Sequence record: MN871453.1
Length of the DNA: 64,000 nucleotides
Strand: one strand, 5' to 3'
The notes under the pieces are model-generated. The model had not been told where the DNA came from. It searched no databases and worked only from the letters and a program-made list of their open reading frames with translations. Positions 9,541 through 19,096 of this stretch are shown one piece after another. Every line of letters begins with the position of its first letter. Position 1 is the first letter of the stretch. Made by a program: the position numbers and the translations under genes.

Positions 9541-10155
9541 TTAATTGATAATAAACTTGCAATCTTCGAGATGGTATTCTCGCCCGCCAAAACAAAGTTT
9601 CTTAACGTAGTCAGGACGAGGAAGATTAACGTTGTCCATGTAGGCATTATGGGAAACTAACGACTTGTTAATTATTTTCCCTTTGTTGTATTCGACGAGT
9701 TTCCCTGGGTGTTCTTGGGAAAAGCCAAACCCTGAGAATTTCAACTTTACATGAGAATGAAAAGAGAGATTTCGCCAGCCTGGGAATTTCAACCCTTTAA
9801 CGTGCGCGGCGATAAAACGAATCAGAGCGGTATAGATTTTACCCAGTTCGCTCACTGTCAGTCGTTCTTCTTCATCGCCAAAACGGAAAATAATCTTGAC
9901 GTCATGACCGTCCAGATTACGATGCCAGTCGATGATAAAACGAGAATAATAACCGTACAGTCCATTCTCGGCGACAGTGCGGTTGCGATAGGTTTGTGCC
10001 GTCTCAGAGTCGTAACGATAGGCACCTGGCTCCAGAGGCTGCCCGCGTCTGAAACCAATGAACTGTGCGAGCTGTACCGCTTGGACTAAAGTCAGGTGCA
10101 CGGCGGTACCGAACTTGTTAGTAATGATAAAAAGAGGACTTGAAGACGTGTGCAT
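9541..10155 (-). CDS. hypothetical protein
   Basis: ORF in operon. Confidence 0.6.
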   Translation of the reverse strand: MHTSSSPLFIITNKFGTAVHLTLVQAVQLAQFIGFRRGQPLEPGAYRYDSETAQTYRNRTVAENGLYGYYSRFIIDWHRNLDGHDVKIIFRFGDEEERLTVSELGKIYTALIRFIAAHVKGLKFPGWRNLSFHSHVKLKFSGFGFSQEHPGKLVEYNKGKIINKSLVSHNAYMDNVNLPRPDYVKKLCFGGREYHLEDCKFIIN

Positions 10156-10160
10156 TAGTT

Positions 10161-10760
10161 TTACTCCTGCAGTAGTTTGGCTATTTCAGTAACGAATTCG
10201 GAATGATCCTCTATTTTATCGCTACCGATCTCTGAACGTCTTATTTGATCATCGACATATTTAGAGATTAAGGCGTTGATTTTACCAGCTGGGCTGGAGA
10301 GAAATTCTTTTGATTCGGCGTAGTCATTATTCCAATGACGAATATAATACTCTGGAGAAAATCTTTCCGGCGTGTTGAAGTTTTGTAATTCGCCCTTTGC
10401 GAGTAACTTGAGGCTCTCTGAAAACAAAACATCAATACTGCGACCTGGGTAGTCATCCCTATAGCTAAATTGGACGGAAATCGAAAATGTATTAATAGCA
10501 GGGTGATCGCCACATTGTTCGATGACTTCCTTTTTCCAATTGGCTAAAGGCCCATTTTGTAAAGCGAATGTTAATACATCCTCGGAAATAATCTCGTCAC
10601 CATAGTGCTCTCGGTTGAAATTTTCGATTTTATCTGTTAATGACTTGAATAAATATGTTTGATTTGAACGAATAAAAACCGGGTAATAATCATTAGTGAT
10701 AAAGTCCCTTTCTTCCTGATTTAACGGCTCTTTAAGAAAACCGAGTTTTGTTCTGGACAT
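10161..10760 (-). CDS. hypothetical protein
   Basis: ORF in operon, GAGGAG RBS. Confidence 0.65.
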   Translation of the reverse strand: MSRTKLGFLKEPLNQEERDFITNDYYPVFIRSNQTYLFKSLTDKIENFNREHYGDEIISEDVLTFALQNGPLANWKKEVIEQCGDHPAINTFSISVQFSYRDDYPGRSIDVLFSESLKLLAKGELQNFNTPERFSPEYYIRHWNNDYAESKEFLSSPAGKINALISKYVDDQIRRSEIGSDKIEDHSEFVTEIAKLLQE

Positions 10761-10762
10761 TT

Positions 10763-11149
10763 TTACTCCTCATGAAATGGGTTATAATCAAAAGCAATAA
10801 TTGTTTTATGTTCTCCTTGATTCCCTTTCGGATCCCACGCCCTAACAGAAAATTTTATCGTATCCTCTGATGATCCCTCAATAAGTTTCTTCAAATCCGA
10901 AGAAGGTTTTATTTTGACATAAATCCCATCGGTTTGCCTATAAACGTCCATTACTATTCCAGCGTATTTACTTTCATCAATAGTTAACCTCCTCGCGACC
11001 ATGGCTTCATCGCCCATTAACCGAGAAATGTTTGGCGGACTTATTTCACCAATAACTTTTTTCCGCATTTTTTCTAGTTGGTAGATAATTTCTTCTTCAC
11101 TAAATCCATGAGTATCGACTATTTTAACGGTAAACATTTTATTCCTCAA
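10763..11149 (-). CDS. hypothetical protein, possible degenerate prohead-protease fold
   Basis: GEISPP...RRLTIDES...VKIKP...FSVRA pattern. Confidence 0.4.
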   Translation of the reverse strand: MRNKMFTVKIVDTHGFSEEEIIYQLEKMRKKVIGEISPPNISRLMGDEAMVARRLTIDESKYAGIVMDVYRQTDGIYVKIKPSSDLKKLIEGSSEDTIKFSVRAWDPKGNQGEHKTIIAFDYNPFHEE

Positions 11150-11190
11150 ATCAAAATTTTTAGTTTAAGTGCCCTAACTAAACAGTTAAT

Positions 11191-11595
11191 TTAGTTGAAG
11201 TTGAACACCAATCTTTCCACACCGAGTGCTTTTAGCTGCTCCAAACGTTCGAACCACTCCTCTCCAAGATGTTCTCGCCAAGTCGCTGTTGTTCCTTGTC
11301 CCTCAGGTAGAGTATCGTGACCGTCTTGGCGATCTTCCACTAACTGATCGTAATCAAACTCGAACAGATATTTTGTTTCCAGCGTGTAATTATAGTCGCA
11401 GTCGTAATTAATTGGCTCTCCTGCCTTTTCCCACTTGTAAGGTAGCGGAGGGACTCCGGCGTGGTTCCGGACATCAGCAAACCAACCGTAAATGAAATAA
11501 GATTGGAAATCAAACCAATCTACACCGCCAGAGATTCCTTCCCACTTCCCATTTTTATTTTTCTTTTCAAACCGCCCGTAAATGTAAGCGCCCAT
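11191..11595 (-). CDS. conserved phage hypothetical protein
   Basis: MGAYI...W...QSY.IYGWFADVRN pattern common in phage proteins. Confidence 0.65.
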   Translation of the reverse strand: MGAYIYGRFEKKNKNGKWEGISGGVDWFDFQSYFIYGWFADVRNHAGVPPLPYKWEKAGEPINYDCDYNYTLETKYLFEFDYDQLVEDRQDGHDTLPEGQGTTATWREHLGEEWFERLEQLKALGVERLVFNFN

Positions 11596-11596
11596 T

Positions 11597-11920
11597 CTAT
11601 TTTTCCTCTACCTTGTAGTAAAGAGTAAGACCGTATTCGAAAGGATGTATCAAAGAGAGACTGTGCCAGCAATTATCGTTTACAGGGAGCCCTTCTTCTG
11701 AGGCAGTGACTCCTTGTAGACGTTTGAGAAGACTGAAGAGAGTGTCGTTGTCGGTCTCATTCATCCACTCTTTAAGTTGAGACATCAGATTGGCGACACC
11801 GATAGATAGCCTATAGTTAATAGTTGTAACATCCCGATCTTCTGGTGTTACTGTAACCGCCGCGACTTTTCTGTCCGGTAAGTCCATTCGAGTGTAAATA
11901 ACTGCTAAATAAATTTTCAT
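11597..11920 (-). CDS. hypothetical protein
   Basis: Start reassigned to MKIYL with GGGGA RBS. Confidence 0.6.
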   Translation of the reverse strand: MKIYLAVIYTRMDLPDRKVAAVTVTPEDRDVTTINYRLSIGVANLMSQLKEWMNETDNDTLFSLLKRLQGVTASEEGLPVNDNCWHSLSLIHPFEYGLTLYYKVEEK

Positions 11921-11942
11921 TAGTATCCCCCTTATTAAACAC

Positions 11943-11969
11943 AAGGTGAGAGGAAAGACCCCTCACCTT
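11943..11969 (-). terminator. hairpin terminator
   Basis: aaggtgag.gg/cc.ctcacctt. Confidence 0.55.
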
Positions 11970-11974
11970 TTACC

Positions 11975-12289
11975 TTATTTTTGCCTGATACGGAGTTCGA
12001 GTTTAATCGATAAATCGTCACCGCTAGTTTCATCAAATGAGAGACTCCGCCAGATTCCTATTTCTCCGCCGTACGCGTAGAAATAAATCTCCCTTTCGAA
12101 AATAACGAAGAGCTTCTCGATAATCGCCGTTTCTTCATTCGTAAACGCAAAGGACGGAGAAAGCGACTCCGAACGATGTTTAGGTAGCCCCTGTAACAAT
12201 TCTACGGAATCATTAAACTCCGTTGAAGTAACACCGGAGTGACGAGCGTGACCAACCACAAGACACGTTTCTAAAACGCACGTTGTCAT
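11975..12289 (-). CDS. hypothetical protein
   Basis: Overlaps thyA stop. Confidence 0.6.
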   Translation of the reverse strand: MTTCVLETCLVVGHARHSGVTSTEFNDSVELLQGLPKHRSESLSPSFAFTNEETAIIEKLFVIFEREIYFYAYGGEIGIWRSLSFDETSGDDLSIKLELRIRQK

Positions 12290-13665
12290 ACCGACACCTG
12301 TAATTTAATGGCCGGGTGATGTTTGTACTCAGTGAAGACGAAATCTTCATAGGTGAGTTCAAACAACCCTTTCTTCGGCACCTCTGAGTTATAGTAGTGC
12401 TCAGAGCGAACGTAGCACTCAACCGGTTTGTAAGGCTCGCGAGTTAATTGTAACTTCGCTTCCTCTAACTGATTGTTGTAGATATGGACGTTAGTCAAAT
12501 TACCAACCAGCTTATTGGGCGCCATACCGAGCTCATGAGCAAATGACAGCAACATGAAGGCGTAGAAAGCCTGGTTAAAGGGCTCACCGGTCATTGTGTC
12601 ACAGCTCCGCATACTGTATTTCAAACTCAGCCACTGCGTCGGTACATGGTTCTCCGTCAACCATTCCGCTTTACGCTCAGGGGACATTTTCGGCTGGTCA
12701 CAATGTTCTTCGCTGTAGTAGTCAGACATGTGGTCTTCCCAGAGATCCTGGAAGTACGGGTTAGCGTTGTTCCTGCACCATTTTAACCGCTCGTTCAACG
12801 TCATCTCTTCTACGTAGAACTCTACCAGGAAATGACACGGGGTAAGGCATGGTTTACCCTCCACAATATTTTCCTGCGGCGTAACCTTAACGGTCTTAGT
12901 GCGTGGTACACCATGACTTGCTAAGAACTCTTCGCAGTTATCGGTCTTACCATGATATTCCAGGCGCGGCCAGAAAATAGCATAAAGGTCCGGACTGTGG
13001 GTTTTTAAATGTTCCCACATCTCGTCACTACTGAGAGTAACTTCTTTCGTTTCTTCCGGCATCCAAAGCGGGTTCCACGCCGAGATCAGGATACGACGCG
13101 ATTCCGGATTGTTCCGTAGGAGATCGAGCGCATACGCGATTTGGTCAACGCCCTTCTTCTCCAATGGATTCTCAGAGAAATTTCGCCATGCTGACCCGTA
13201 AGGGGCATTAAGATCACCCGCTTTGTTCACGGTGACCTGGCGAGTACGTGGTACGCCTTTTTCATCTAACCAACGATGACCGTCTTCAACAGGCCGGATG
13301 GAGATCCCTTTGCTGTAAAACTCGATGTGAGCTTCTTTGTTGTTCTCTTCAAGCCACTTCAGACGTTCGTAGTTTTCCAGAGGTACTTCTTTCACTACGT
13401 CAGCTTCTAAACGCCACGGATCCCAGAACTTGACATTATTCTCCACCATGGTATCGAGGTGGAGTTCCCCGTTTAACATTGCTTTGTACTCAAACCACGC
13501 AGATTTACGCGGAACGAACTTCGTTGTGAGCAGAGGGAATTCCCCGGTCGAAAGGTCGTACTTCAGTTTCGCATCGAAAATAGAAATCGTCCCCGTTCCC
13601 GTCCTGTCTCCTCGCTGACGACCGGTTTCGATAATTTCACGTAGTAAATCGAGATACTGTTTCAC
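12286..13665 (-). CDS. thyA: thymidylate synthase with three large inserts
   Basis: DRTGTGT, FPLLTTK, WDPW, PYG..WR, SRR...SAWNP, PCH (Cys277), RSCD...PFN (Asn364), HIYNNQ. Confidence 0.95.
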   Translation of the reverse strand: MKQYLDLLREIIETGRQRGDRTGTGTISIFDAKLKYDLSTGEFPLLTTKFVPRKSAWFEYKAMLNGELHLDTMVENNVKFWDPWRLEADVVKEVPLENYERLKWLEENNKEAHIEFYSKGISIRPVEDGHRWLDEKGVPRTRQVTVNKAGDLNAPYGSAWRNFSENPLEKKGVDQIAYALDLLRNNPESRRILISAWNPLWMPEETKEVTLSSDEMWEHLKTHSPDLYAIFWPRLEYHGKTDNCEEFLASHGVPRTKTVKVTPQENIVEGKPCLTPCHFLVEFYVEEMTLNERLKWCRNNANPYFQDLWEDHMSDYYSEEHCDQPKMSPERKAEWLTENHVPTQWLSLKYSMRSCDTMTGEPFNQAFYAFMLLSFAHELGMAPNKLVGNLTNVHIYNNQLEEAKLQLTREPYKPVECYVRSEHYYNSEVPKKGLFELTYEDFVFTEYKHHPAIKLQVSV

Positions 13666-14057
13666 TATTCTTTTTCCTCTTTAGCGATTTTATAGTGTTT
13701 AGGGGCTTTATTGACACTTACAAATTCCCCGGTAAACCAACCTTCCGATTGTTCAATGATACGGTAATAGAACATCCGGTTATACCTCGTTCCGCTCCGG
13801 GAAGTAATCAGCCGGGTTAATTCGGCCGGAAGCGAAAACGCACCAGAGAGCACTTTATACGGGTAATCTTTCCCTACCCGAAAACGAAACTCTAACGTGA
13901 TAGGGTCGTATTCGAATTCGAGCGACGAATAAGGTTCAGGCTGTAAGTCCCTGAACCCTGCGGAGAGGTAACAACTCCCGCCTGGCGCAATACGGAGATA
14001 AACCGGTTTTAGGTTAGGAAGTTTATTGGTCTTCGGAACAAACTTTTCAAAGGCCAT
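13665..14057 (-). CDS. hypothetical protein (paralog of 15244-15657)
   Basis: Shared FEYD...FRF.VG...G.F.LP...GW..GEF. Confidence 0.65.
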   Translation of the reverse strand: MAFEKFVPKTNKLPNLKPVYLRIAPGGSCYLSAGFRDLQPEPYSSLEFEYDPITLEFRFRVGKDYPYKVLSGAFSLPAELTRLITSRSGTRYNRMFYYRIIEQSEGWFTGEFVSVNKAPKHYKIAKEEKE

Positions 14058-14103
14058 TTAGTTCTCTCTTATTTATTTAATCAAATAAAATCAAGACGGA
14101 ATA

Positions 14104-14133
14104 AAAAGAGAGAGGACATCCCCTCTCTCTTTA
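14104..14133 (-). terminator. intrinsic terminator
   Basis: aaagagagagg/cctctctcttt. Confidence 0.7.
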
Positions 14134-14134
14134 T

Positions 14135-14731
14135 TTATCTACCTGTACGCTTATTTGTCCAAGAAGACAATCGTTTCAAATTATCTCGATGAACCAATAA
14201 ATCACCCCAATTTTTCTCGGGAGAGTTATCACCAGATATAGCTCTCTGGTAGGCATACATAATTTGCTCGTAAGAAACCTCTACAGGCATCCCACCTGTC
14301 GCTGTACAGAATAATGGCATAACGACGTTTTTTATCGCCCGATCTGGAGAAATACGGTTGAAATATTTTATCTGGCAAAAAGCAGCCAACGCCGCGTGAT
14401 ATGCAATATCTTTACTTTTTGTCGGGCTAGGGAATCGCATCGTCGGTGCATAGCACAATTGAACTGCTTCACTCAGTGAAACGGTGATAGCCTGCCCCAC
14501 TGGCATTTCTTTACCCCAGAATTGTTTGATGACCGTTTGGACAGTTTCTTGGGAGCGAGGAAACTTGTCCCTTACTACTTTGTCAAAACCACCGTCCATA
14601 ATACCAAACGAGTTACCGGGTGTAATAATGCAGTCGTAATCTTTACCCGGGACCATCGTTCTGAAATCCCGTTTTTCAAAATTTGGCCAGCTATCAAAGC
14701 CAGATAAATCAACTATCTTCAGATTAAACAT
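14135..14731 (-). CDS. macrodomain protein (second family)
   Basis: DCIITPGNSFGIMDGGFD, APTMRFP, MPLFCTATGG. Confidence 0.88.
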   Translation of the reverse strand: MFNLKIVDLSGFDSWPNFEKRDFRTMVPGKDYDCIITPGNSFGIMDGGFDKVVRDKFPRSQETVQTVIKQFWGKEMPVGQAITVSLSEAVQLCYAPTMRFPSPTKSKDIAYHAALAAFCQIKYFNRISPDRAIKNVVMPLFCTATGGMPVEVSYEQIMYAYQRAISGDNSPEKNWGDLLVHRDNLKRLSSWTNKRTGR

Positions 14732-14746
14732 TTTTTGGTTACCTCT

Positions 14747-15226
14747 TTAATAAAAGAAGAAATTAGGGAATGGAAGCATTGACTTTTTCTTGTAGTCGCG
14801 ATAGACGATTTCAATCGTTAACTTAGCCCCTGCTTTTGAGGTGAGAAGAAGCACGTCAGAAATGTAATGCGTATTTGTTATCTTCTTTTTCCGGTAAAGA
14901 CCAAGAACTTTTTCGGACTTCTCGTTAATCACGTAATCGCTTTCCAGCCTTACTCGGATTTCTCCTTCGGAATTAGTTCGAATGGCCAGTTGGAAGTCGA
15001 TAGAAAGTAGTGGTGTAGTAACCTTAACTTCCCCTTTCTCTCCGATACCCTTCTTCAGTTTTTCTTGGAAAGTGGTACTTTCTGCGTTGCTTCGTAAATA
15101 CTCAGTAACCTCATCGATTACTTTTGAGATTACTAAAATCAATTCCCCTTCCGAAAAAACCTTTTCTTCTTGTTTCGGTTCTTCAAGTGCCTGAAATAGT
15201 TTAGCGAGCGGGTCACTGGATGCCAT
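14747..15226 (-). CDS. hypothetical protein
   Basis: ORF in operon. Confidence 0.6.
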   Translation of the reverse strand: MASSDPLAKLFQALEEPKQEEKVFSEGELILVISKVIDEVTEYLRSNAESTTFQEKLKKGIGEKGEVKVTTPLLSIDFQLAIRTNSEGEIRVRLESDYVINEKSEKVLGLYRKKKITNTHYISDVLLLTSKAGAKLTIEIVYRDYKKKSMLPFPNFFFY

Positions 15227-15243
15227 ATATTTTCCCTAGTTAC

Positions 15244-15657
15244 TTATTTAACCCAAGTGTCAATCGGGCGAATAAAACTTTTGAATTCGCCGTACCACCA
15301 TCCGTCTTCTTTTAAGACGGGTTTAAAGTACGCCGATCGTCTGGCGAAACCTTTTGCGTGTTGACCTTCTGTCAAGAGTTGTTTATTCCAGATTGTACGT
15401 AATACTGTTGTTGGGAGAAGAAACGTACCACTCCCTGACAGCGGACGATCGAAATAAGGGCCAACCTGAAAACGAAAATGACCTGTTTCAGTATCGTATT
15501 CAAAATCAATCGTATCGTCGCCAATGTCAAATTGATTCAAAAATGTTTTCGATAAAGAACAATCGGAATCCCGAGAGAGGCGTACGTACTTTACGTGATA
15601 ACTGCGTTCCCGGTGAATATCTTTCACTTGTGAATAAGGGACTTTGATAAAGGGCAT
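15244..15657 (-). CDS. hypothetical protein (paralog of 13665-14057)
   Basis: Shared motifs as above; AAGGAG RBS. Confidence 0.65.
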   Translation of the reverse strand: MPFIKVPYSQVKDIHRERSYHVKYVRLSRDSDCSLSKTFLNQFDIGDDTIDFEYDTETGHFRFQVGPYFDRPLSGSGTFLLPTTVLRTIWNKQLLTEGQHAKGFARRSAYFKPVLKEDGWWYGEFKSFIRPIDTWVK

Positions 15658-15680
15658 TCACTACTCCTTGAAAAATAAAA

Positions 15681-15700
15681 AGACGGAGGAAATCCTCCGT
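15681..15700 (-). terminator. intrinsic terminator
   Basis: gacggagg/cctccgtc + U tract. Confidence 0.7.
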
Positions 15701-15708
15701 CTGATAAA

Positions 15709-16071
15709 TTAACAAATGACCGCGTCTACAAACAGCGCCGACATCGAACGGACTGGCGTAAGCGACTCTTTTAACGTAGGGAAGAATTTACCTTCCGAAC
15801 TGATGAATAAACACGCGCAGTCTACCTGACCACGATTTATTCGCTGCGCCATTGCTAAGGTGTTCGGTAACGGAATGACCTTGATCGAAGCGATCAATTT
15901 CGGTCCGAGGTAGTCAGCAATGACCTCTTTGAATTTCGCGCGGGTACGAGGATCACCGTATACCTTTACGGTCTTACCCTTCATCAGGTTATTCGCAATG
16001 AAAGCGGAATAATGCAACATCGCGGATTCGTTGAAGGTTCCTAACACTTTAATGGACTGGATTCGTTTCAT
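15709..16071 (-). CDS. hypothetical protein
   Basis: Start MKRIQ overlaps upstream stop (ATGA). Confidence 0.6.
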   Translation of the reverse strand: MKRIQSIKVLGTFNESAMLHYSAFIANNLMKGKTVKVYGDPRTRAKFKEVIADYLGPKLIASIKVIPLPNTLAMAQRINRGQVDCACLFISSEGKFFPTLKESLTPVRSMSALFVDAVIC

Positions 16072-16613
16072 TTTGTAAAAACCCAATAAACGTCGTAAAA
16101 TGAAATAGCATGAATTCCCGAGGGGAGATTGTCGATCTCTTCGATATCTTTCATATCGAGTAAATTGACAACTAACCCGGTGGATAATAATCGCTTGAGG
16201 CTATACGCCACCGCACCAAGCGGAATTTCGAAGGTAATCGCCTTTTGACATCTGAAATGGCTGACCAGTTTGCGCGGTTTATCCGCTAACCGTTCGAGAT
16301 AATCTTTATACGTTTCCCCGTCGTGACCACGCAGCGGCCACTGCCAGATAATTCCGTCTGCGGCTACTATCGCCTCCCCTCGAAAACGATAAGGATTTTG
16401 ATATTGCTCCCATTTGAGATACCCCGGTTGGTACATAGAGCCGTGATCAAGGATCTCCAATTCTTTCCCTGCTATGGCTTCATGAATCATTTCTGCAAGG
16501 GCCGGTATGAGAACAGTTTCCCCTGCGGCATTTTTACCAAGAGCGACCTTCTCTCCTTCCACTAAACCGTAGACGTCAGCCGCGTAAGCGCCCCGTTCAA
16601 ACTTAAATTTCAT
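16068..16613 (-). CDS. hypothetical protein
   Basis: Start MKFKF overlaps the kptA stop (ATGA). Confidence 0.65.
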   Translation of the reverse strand: MKFKFERGAYAADVYGLVEGEKVALGKNAAGETVLIPALAEMIHEAIAGKELEILDHGSMYQPGYLKWEQYQNPYRFRGEAIVAADGIIWQWPLRGHDGETYKDYLERLADKPRKLVSHFRCQKAITFEIPLGAVAYSLKRLLSTGLVVNLLDMKDIEEIDNLPSGIHAISFYDVYWVFTK

Positions 16614-17185
16614 TCTTTTTTCTCCTCTATTTTGAAACAACCTACCGGAACATGTTCGACCAGCCAAACCCCGTTCAACGCTTTGTAGAACACGTAGCCG
16701 CGTTCCAATAGTTTCTGGGTATCAATACTCAAGACTACGAGCGACCCTTTCTTAGCGTACCGTATACCCACTAAACGCGCGGTCTCAATGTGGTCAGTTA
16801 AATGAACGAACTGACGCGACCCCGGCGTTAACCCTTCCTGAAAAATGCTCTCTAAATTCCCCGATGCAGTGCCGTGGTAAAGTACCTCAGGCGGTACCTC
16901 TTCATTGAAGGCCATTTCACTTACTGGGAATGAATGTCCCTGTACAGCACGGATAGAAGAAAGATCATCGGATAACCCAAATCGTTTCTTATCGTCCGTC
17001 TCTACAACGCGCATAATTTCCTGTAACGTAACTGACTTATTCTGTTCAGAGAATGCTGCAATCAGGTCGTCGAGTCTGACATAGCCAAGTTCATCAGGCG
17101 TTAATTTCAAAGCTTGAGGACGATGACGTAGAATGAAACACAACGTTTTAGAAAGTTTAATCGGATTATTCACTGACATGAACAC
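16610..17185 (-). CDS. kptA: RNA 2'-phosphotransferase (Tpt1/KptA)
   Basis: ILRH, DDKKRF, IRAVQGHS, LYHGT, RQFVHLT, NGVWLVEHVP. Confidence 0.95.
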   Translation of the reverse strand: MFMSVNNPIKLSKTLCFILRHRPQALKLTPDELGYVRLDDLIAAFSEQNKSVTLQEIMRVVETDDKKRFGLSDDLSSIRAVQGHSFPVSEMAFNEEVPPEVLYHGTASGNLESIFQEGLTPGSRQFVHLTDHIETARLVGIRYAKKGSLVVLSIDTQKLLERGYVFYKALNGVWLVEHVPVGCFKIEEKKE

Positions 17186-17690
17186 TCTTGTTGATGTAAA
17201 TATTCCATGCAGGGCTCACCCAAACCGGTACTTTAAAACCGAGATGTTCTTCTTCTCGATAACCCCAGCCCTCTTTCTCGGTAAATGAAAAGAAACGATC
17301 CCTGCTCTTTTTTAGGTCGTCGTAGTACCCAAACATTTTATGGTCAGTCGCTTCAGCTTTGTATTTCGCATAAAGCATACTACGATAATCGGACTCGAGC
17401 TCGTTGTACTCAACCGGCTCATAACCGGTAAGAATTGTCACCCCGCCTGTTTCATTTTCGGGATAATATTTCAGCCCTTCCCATACGGCAGGAAGAGGAA
17501 CGAAGTCCCCCAATTCCCAGATGTCAAACATTGGTGTCAAGACAGAGCGCGGTTCATCCGGGCAGCAACTGTAAGTCGCATTTCTCATTGCAACGTCTTT
17601 GTCCGGCGCCATGATTAAAAGAACAGTTGCTTCCTGAGAATCGGGAACATCGTAAAACTTCTCACTGGCCAGAAACAGTTTCATGTTCAT
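17166..17690 (-). CDS. hypothetical protein
   Basis: ORF in operon. Confidence 0.6.
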   Translation of the reverse strand: MNMKLFLASEKFYDVPDSQEATVLLIMAPDKDVAMRNATYSCCPDEPRSVLTPMFDIWELGDFVPLPAVWEGLKYYPENETGGVTILTGYEPVEYNELESDYRSMLYAKYKAEATDHKMFGYYDDLKKSRDRFFSFTEKEGWGYREEEHLGFKVPVWVSPAWNIYINKSVHVSE

Positions 17691-18390
17691 CCCCCTGTTT
17701 ATTCAAAAGAAATTGTTGACACTTATTGATAGCCGTCTCTTTATACTTTTCTGCGTGCTCAGCACCGACTGCCGTATAAAAGTTAAGACCTTTAATGTAT
17801 CGAACGTTTCGCACTGTAAACTCTTCTCTGGTCTGTCCGAAACGAACCCCGATTTCCTGATAGAGTCCATCGAAAATCTCTTCGTCCAAATAGGTCATTG
17901 CGTACAGTTGGTCAGCATCACGGATGATGCCAAACAAATAGCGCAATACGGACCCGCCAGGGTACTGTGGGAATGGGTCATCGAAGTCGTAATGCGTGAA
18001 CCCGATCAAAAGCGTGACTAACGTTTTGTCTACTGTCGGAAATTGACGCCAGAACCCGAGTTGCTCAAGGCGTTGAAACGCGTGTTCAATATTCTTCCAG
18101 TCGTTCTTTTCTCCTTGATGACAGAAGTCATGAAGAAGTCCAGCAATAACAGCTGATTCACGATCCTTCTCAGTGAGCCTATAATAGGTCAAGCTGACAT
18201 TTGAAAGTAAGTGACTCACCAGTACCCCTACGCCAATTAAATGGCGTGTAGAGTGGTACGGACGGCTAATATTCTGCTCCTCTACCCATTGCATGATTTT
18301 ACCGTACTGGTTAAAGAATTGACGTCCCCAGATCGGGCTGAAATCCTCTAACGCATACGTGACCCAGAAGCTTGAAAAGTCAGTGTGCAT
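17662..18390 (-). CDS. HD-domain phosphohydrolase
   Basis: PYHSTRH...AGLLHDFCH...IIRDAD. Confidence 0.85.
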   Translation of the reverse strand: MHTDFSSFWVTYALEDFSPIWGRQFFNQYGKIMQWVEEQNISRPYHSTRHLIGVGVLVSHLLSNVSLTYYRLTEKDRESAVIAGLLHDFCHQGEKNDWKNIEHAFQRLEQLGFWRQFPTVDKTLVTLLIGFTHYDFDDPFPQYPGGSVLRYLFGIIRDADQLYAMTYLDEEIFDGLYQEIGVRFGQTREEFTVRNVRYIKGLNFYTAVGAEHAEKYKETAINKCQQFLLNKQGDEHETVSGQ

Positions 18391-19096
18391 TTTTAACCTC
18401 GTTATACGCGTTGTTTACCGCCACCAACGTTTTGCTTACCGCTTCATTGTCTCGGAGGGTAAGCGGCCAGCTAGGATGCATGTTGATGTAATATTCGTTC
18501 TCGCCAGGAGCGAAGTCAATAAAGAATTTATGATCAACGTTCACTTCCGCAGAAAGCCGATTAATGGCGATATTGTAATGAACCCGACACCCTGCTTTCT
18601 CCCCAATTGATTTTAGTTTGTCTGGGTTGATTAATGGGTTGTTTAAGAAGGACTCAACTGTCCCTTTAAACGGGAGAATATTCATTTCGCCGTTAGAGGA
18701 ATCCGTCGGTCCGCGATACAGTTTAACAGCATCCTGACAATACTCTTCTACCCGATCGCAATACGTCGCAATCAACTCTTCAGGTACTGTCGAGAGTTTG
18801 TCAGTGAGTTTATCAATCAGTACCGCGGTATCGGCTTCATCTGACCGGACCATGACCATCGGAAACCATTTATTCAGTAGACAGAAGAAACGGGGGTCTA
18901 CGCCGTGATTAACGAGGTAAGAAACGAATTCAGTGGTAGCGATCCCCGCTACCCAGCCGTAGGGCTTAAAGGTACCAGGAGGAGCCCATTCTTCATCAGA
19001 CCAAAAGTCACGGAGATGAACCTCATCCCTTTTTAAACGCTGAATAAAGAAAGTGAACTCCGGTTTCTGGTTCAGGAAACGTTCGATGAGTTGCAT
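18380..19096 (-). CDS. hypothetical protein
   Basis: ORF in operon. Confidence 0.65.
   Translation of the reverse strand: MQLIERFLNQKPEFTFFIQRLKRDEVHLRDFWSDEEWAPPGTFKPYGWVAGIATTEFVSYLVNHGVDPRFFCLLNKWFPMVMVRSDEADTAVLIDKLTDKLSTVPEELIATYCDRVEEYCQDAVKLYRGPTDSSNGEMNILPFKGTVESFLNNPLINPDKLKSIGEKAGCRVHYNIAINRLSAEVNVDHKFFIDFAPGENEYYINMHPSWPLTLRDNEAVSKTLVAVNNAYNEVKNAH

Noticed and set aside
12286-13665. Intein/intron in thyA, or dCMP hydroxymethylase identity
   Set aside because: Inserts lack intein N-terminal Cys/Ser and HN motifs and keep the frame; Asn at the specificity position indicates a dUMP substrate
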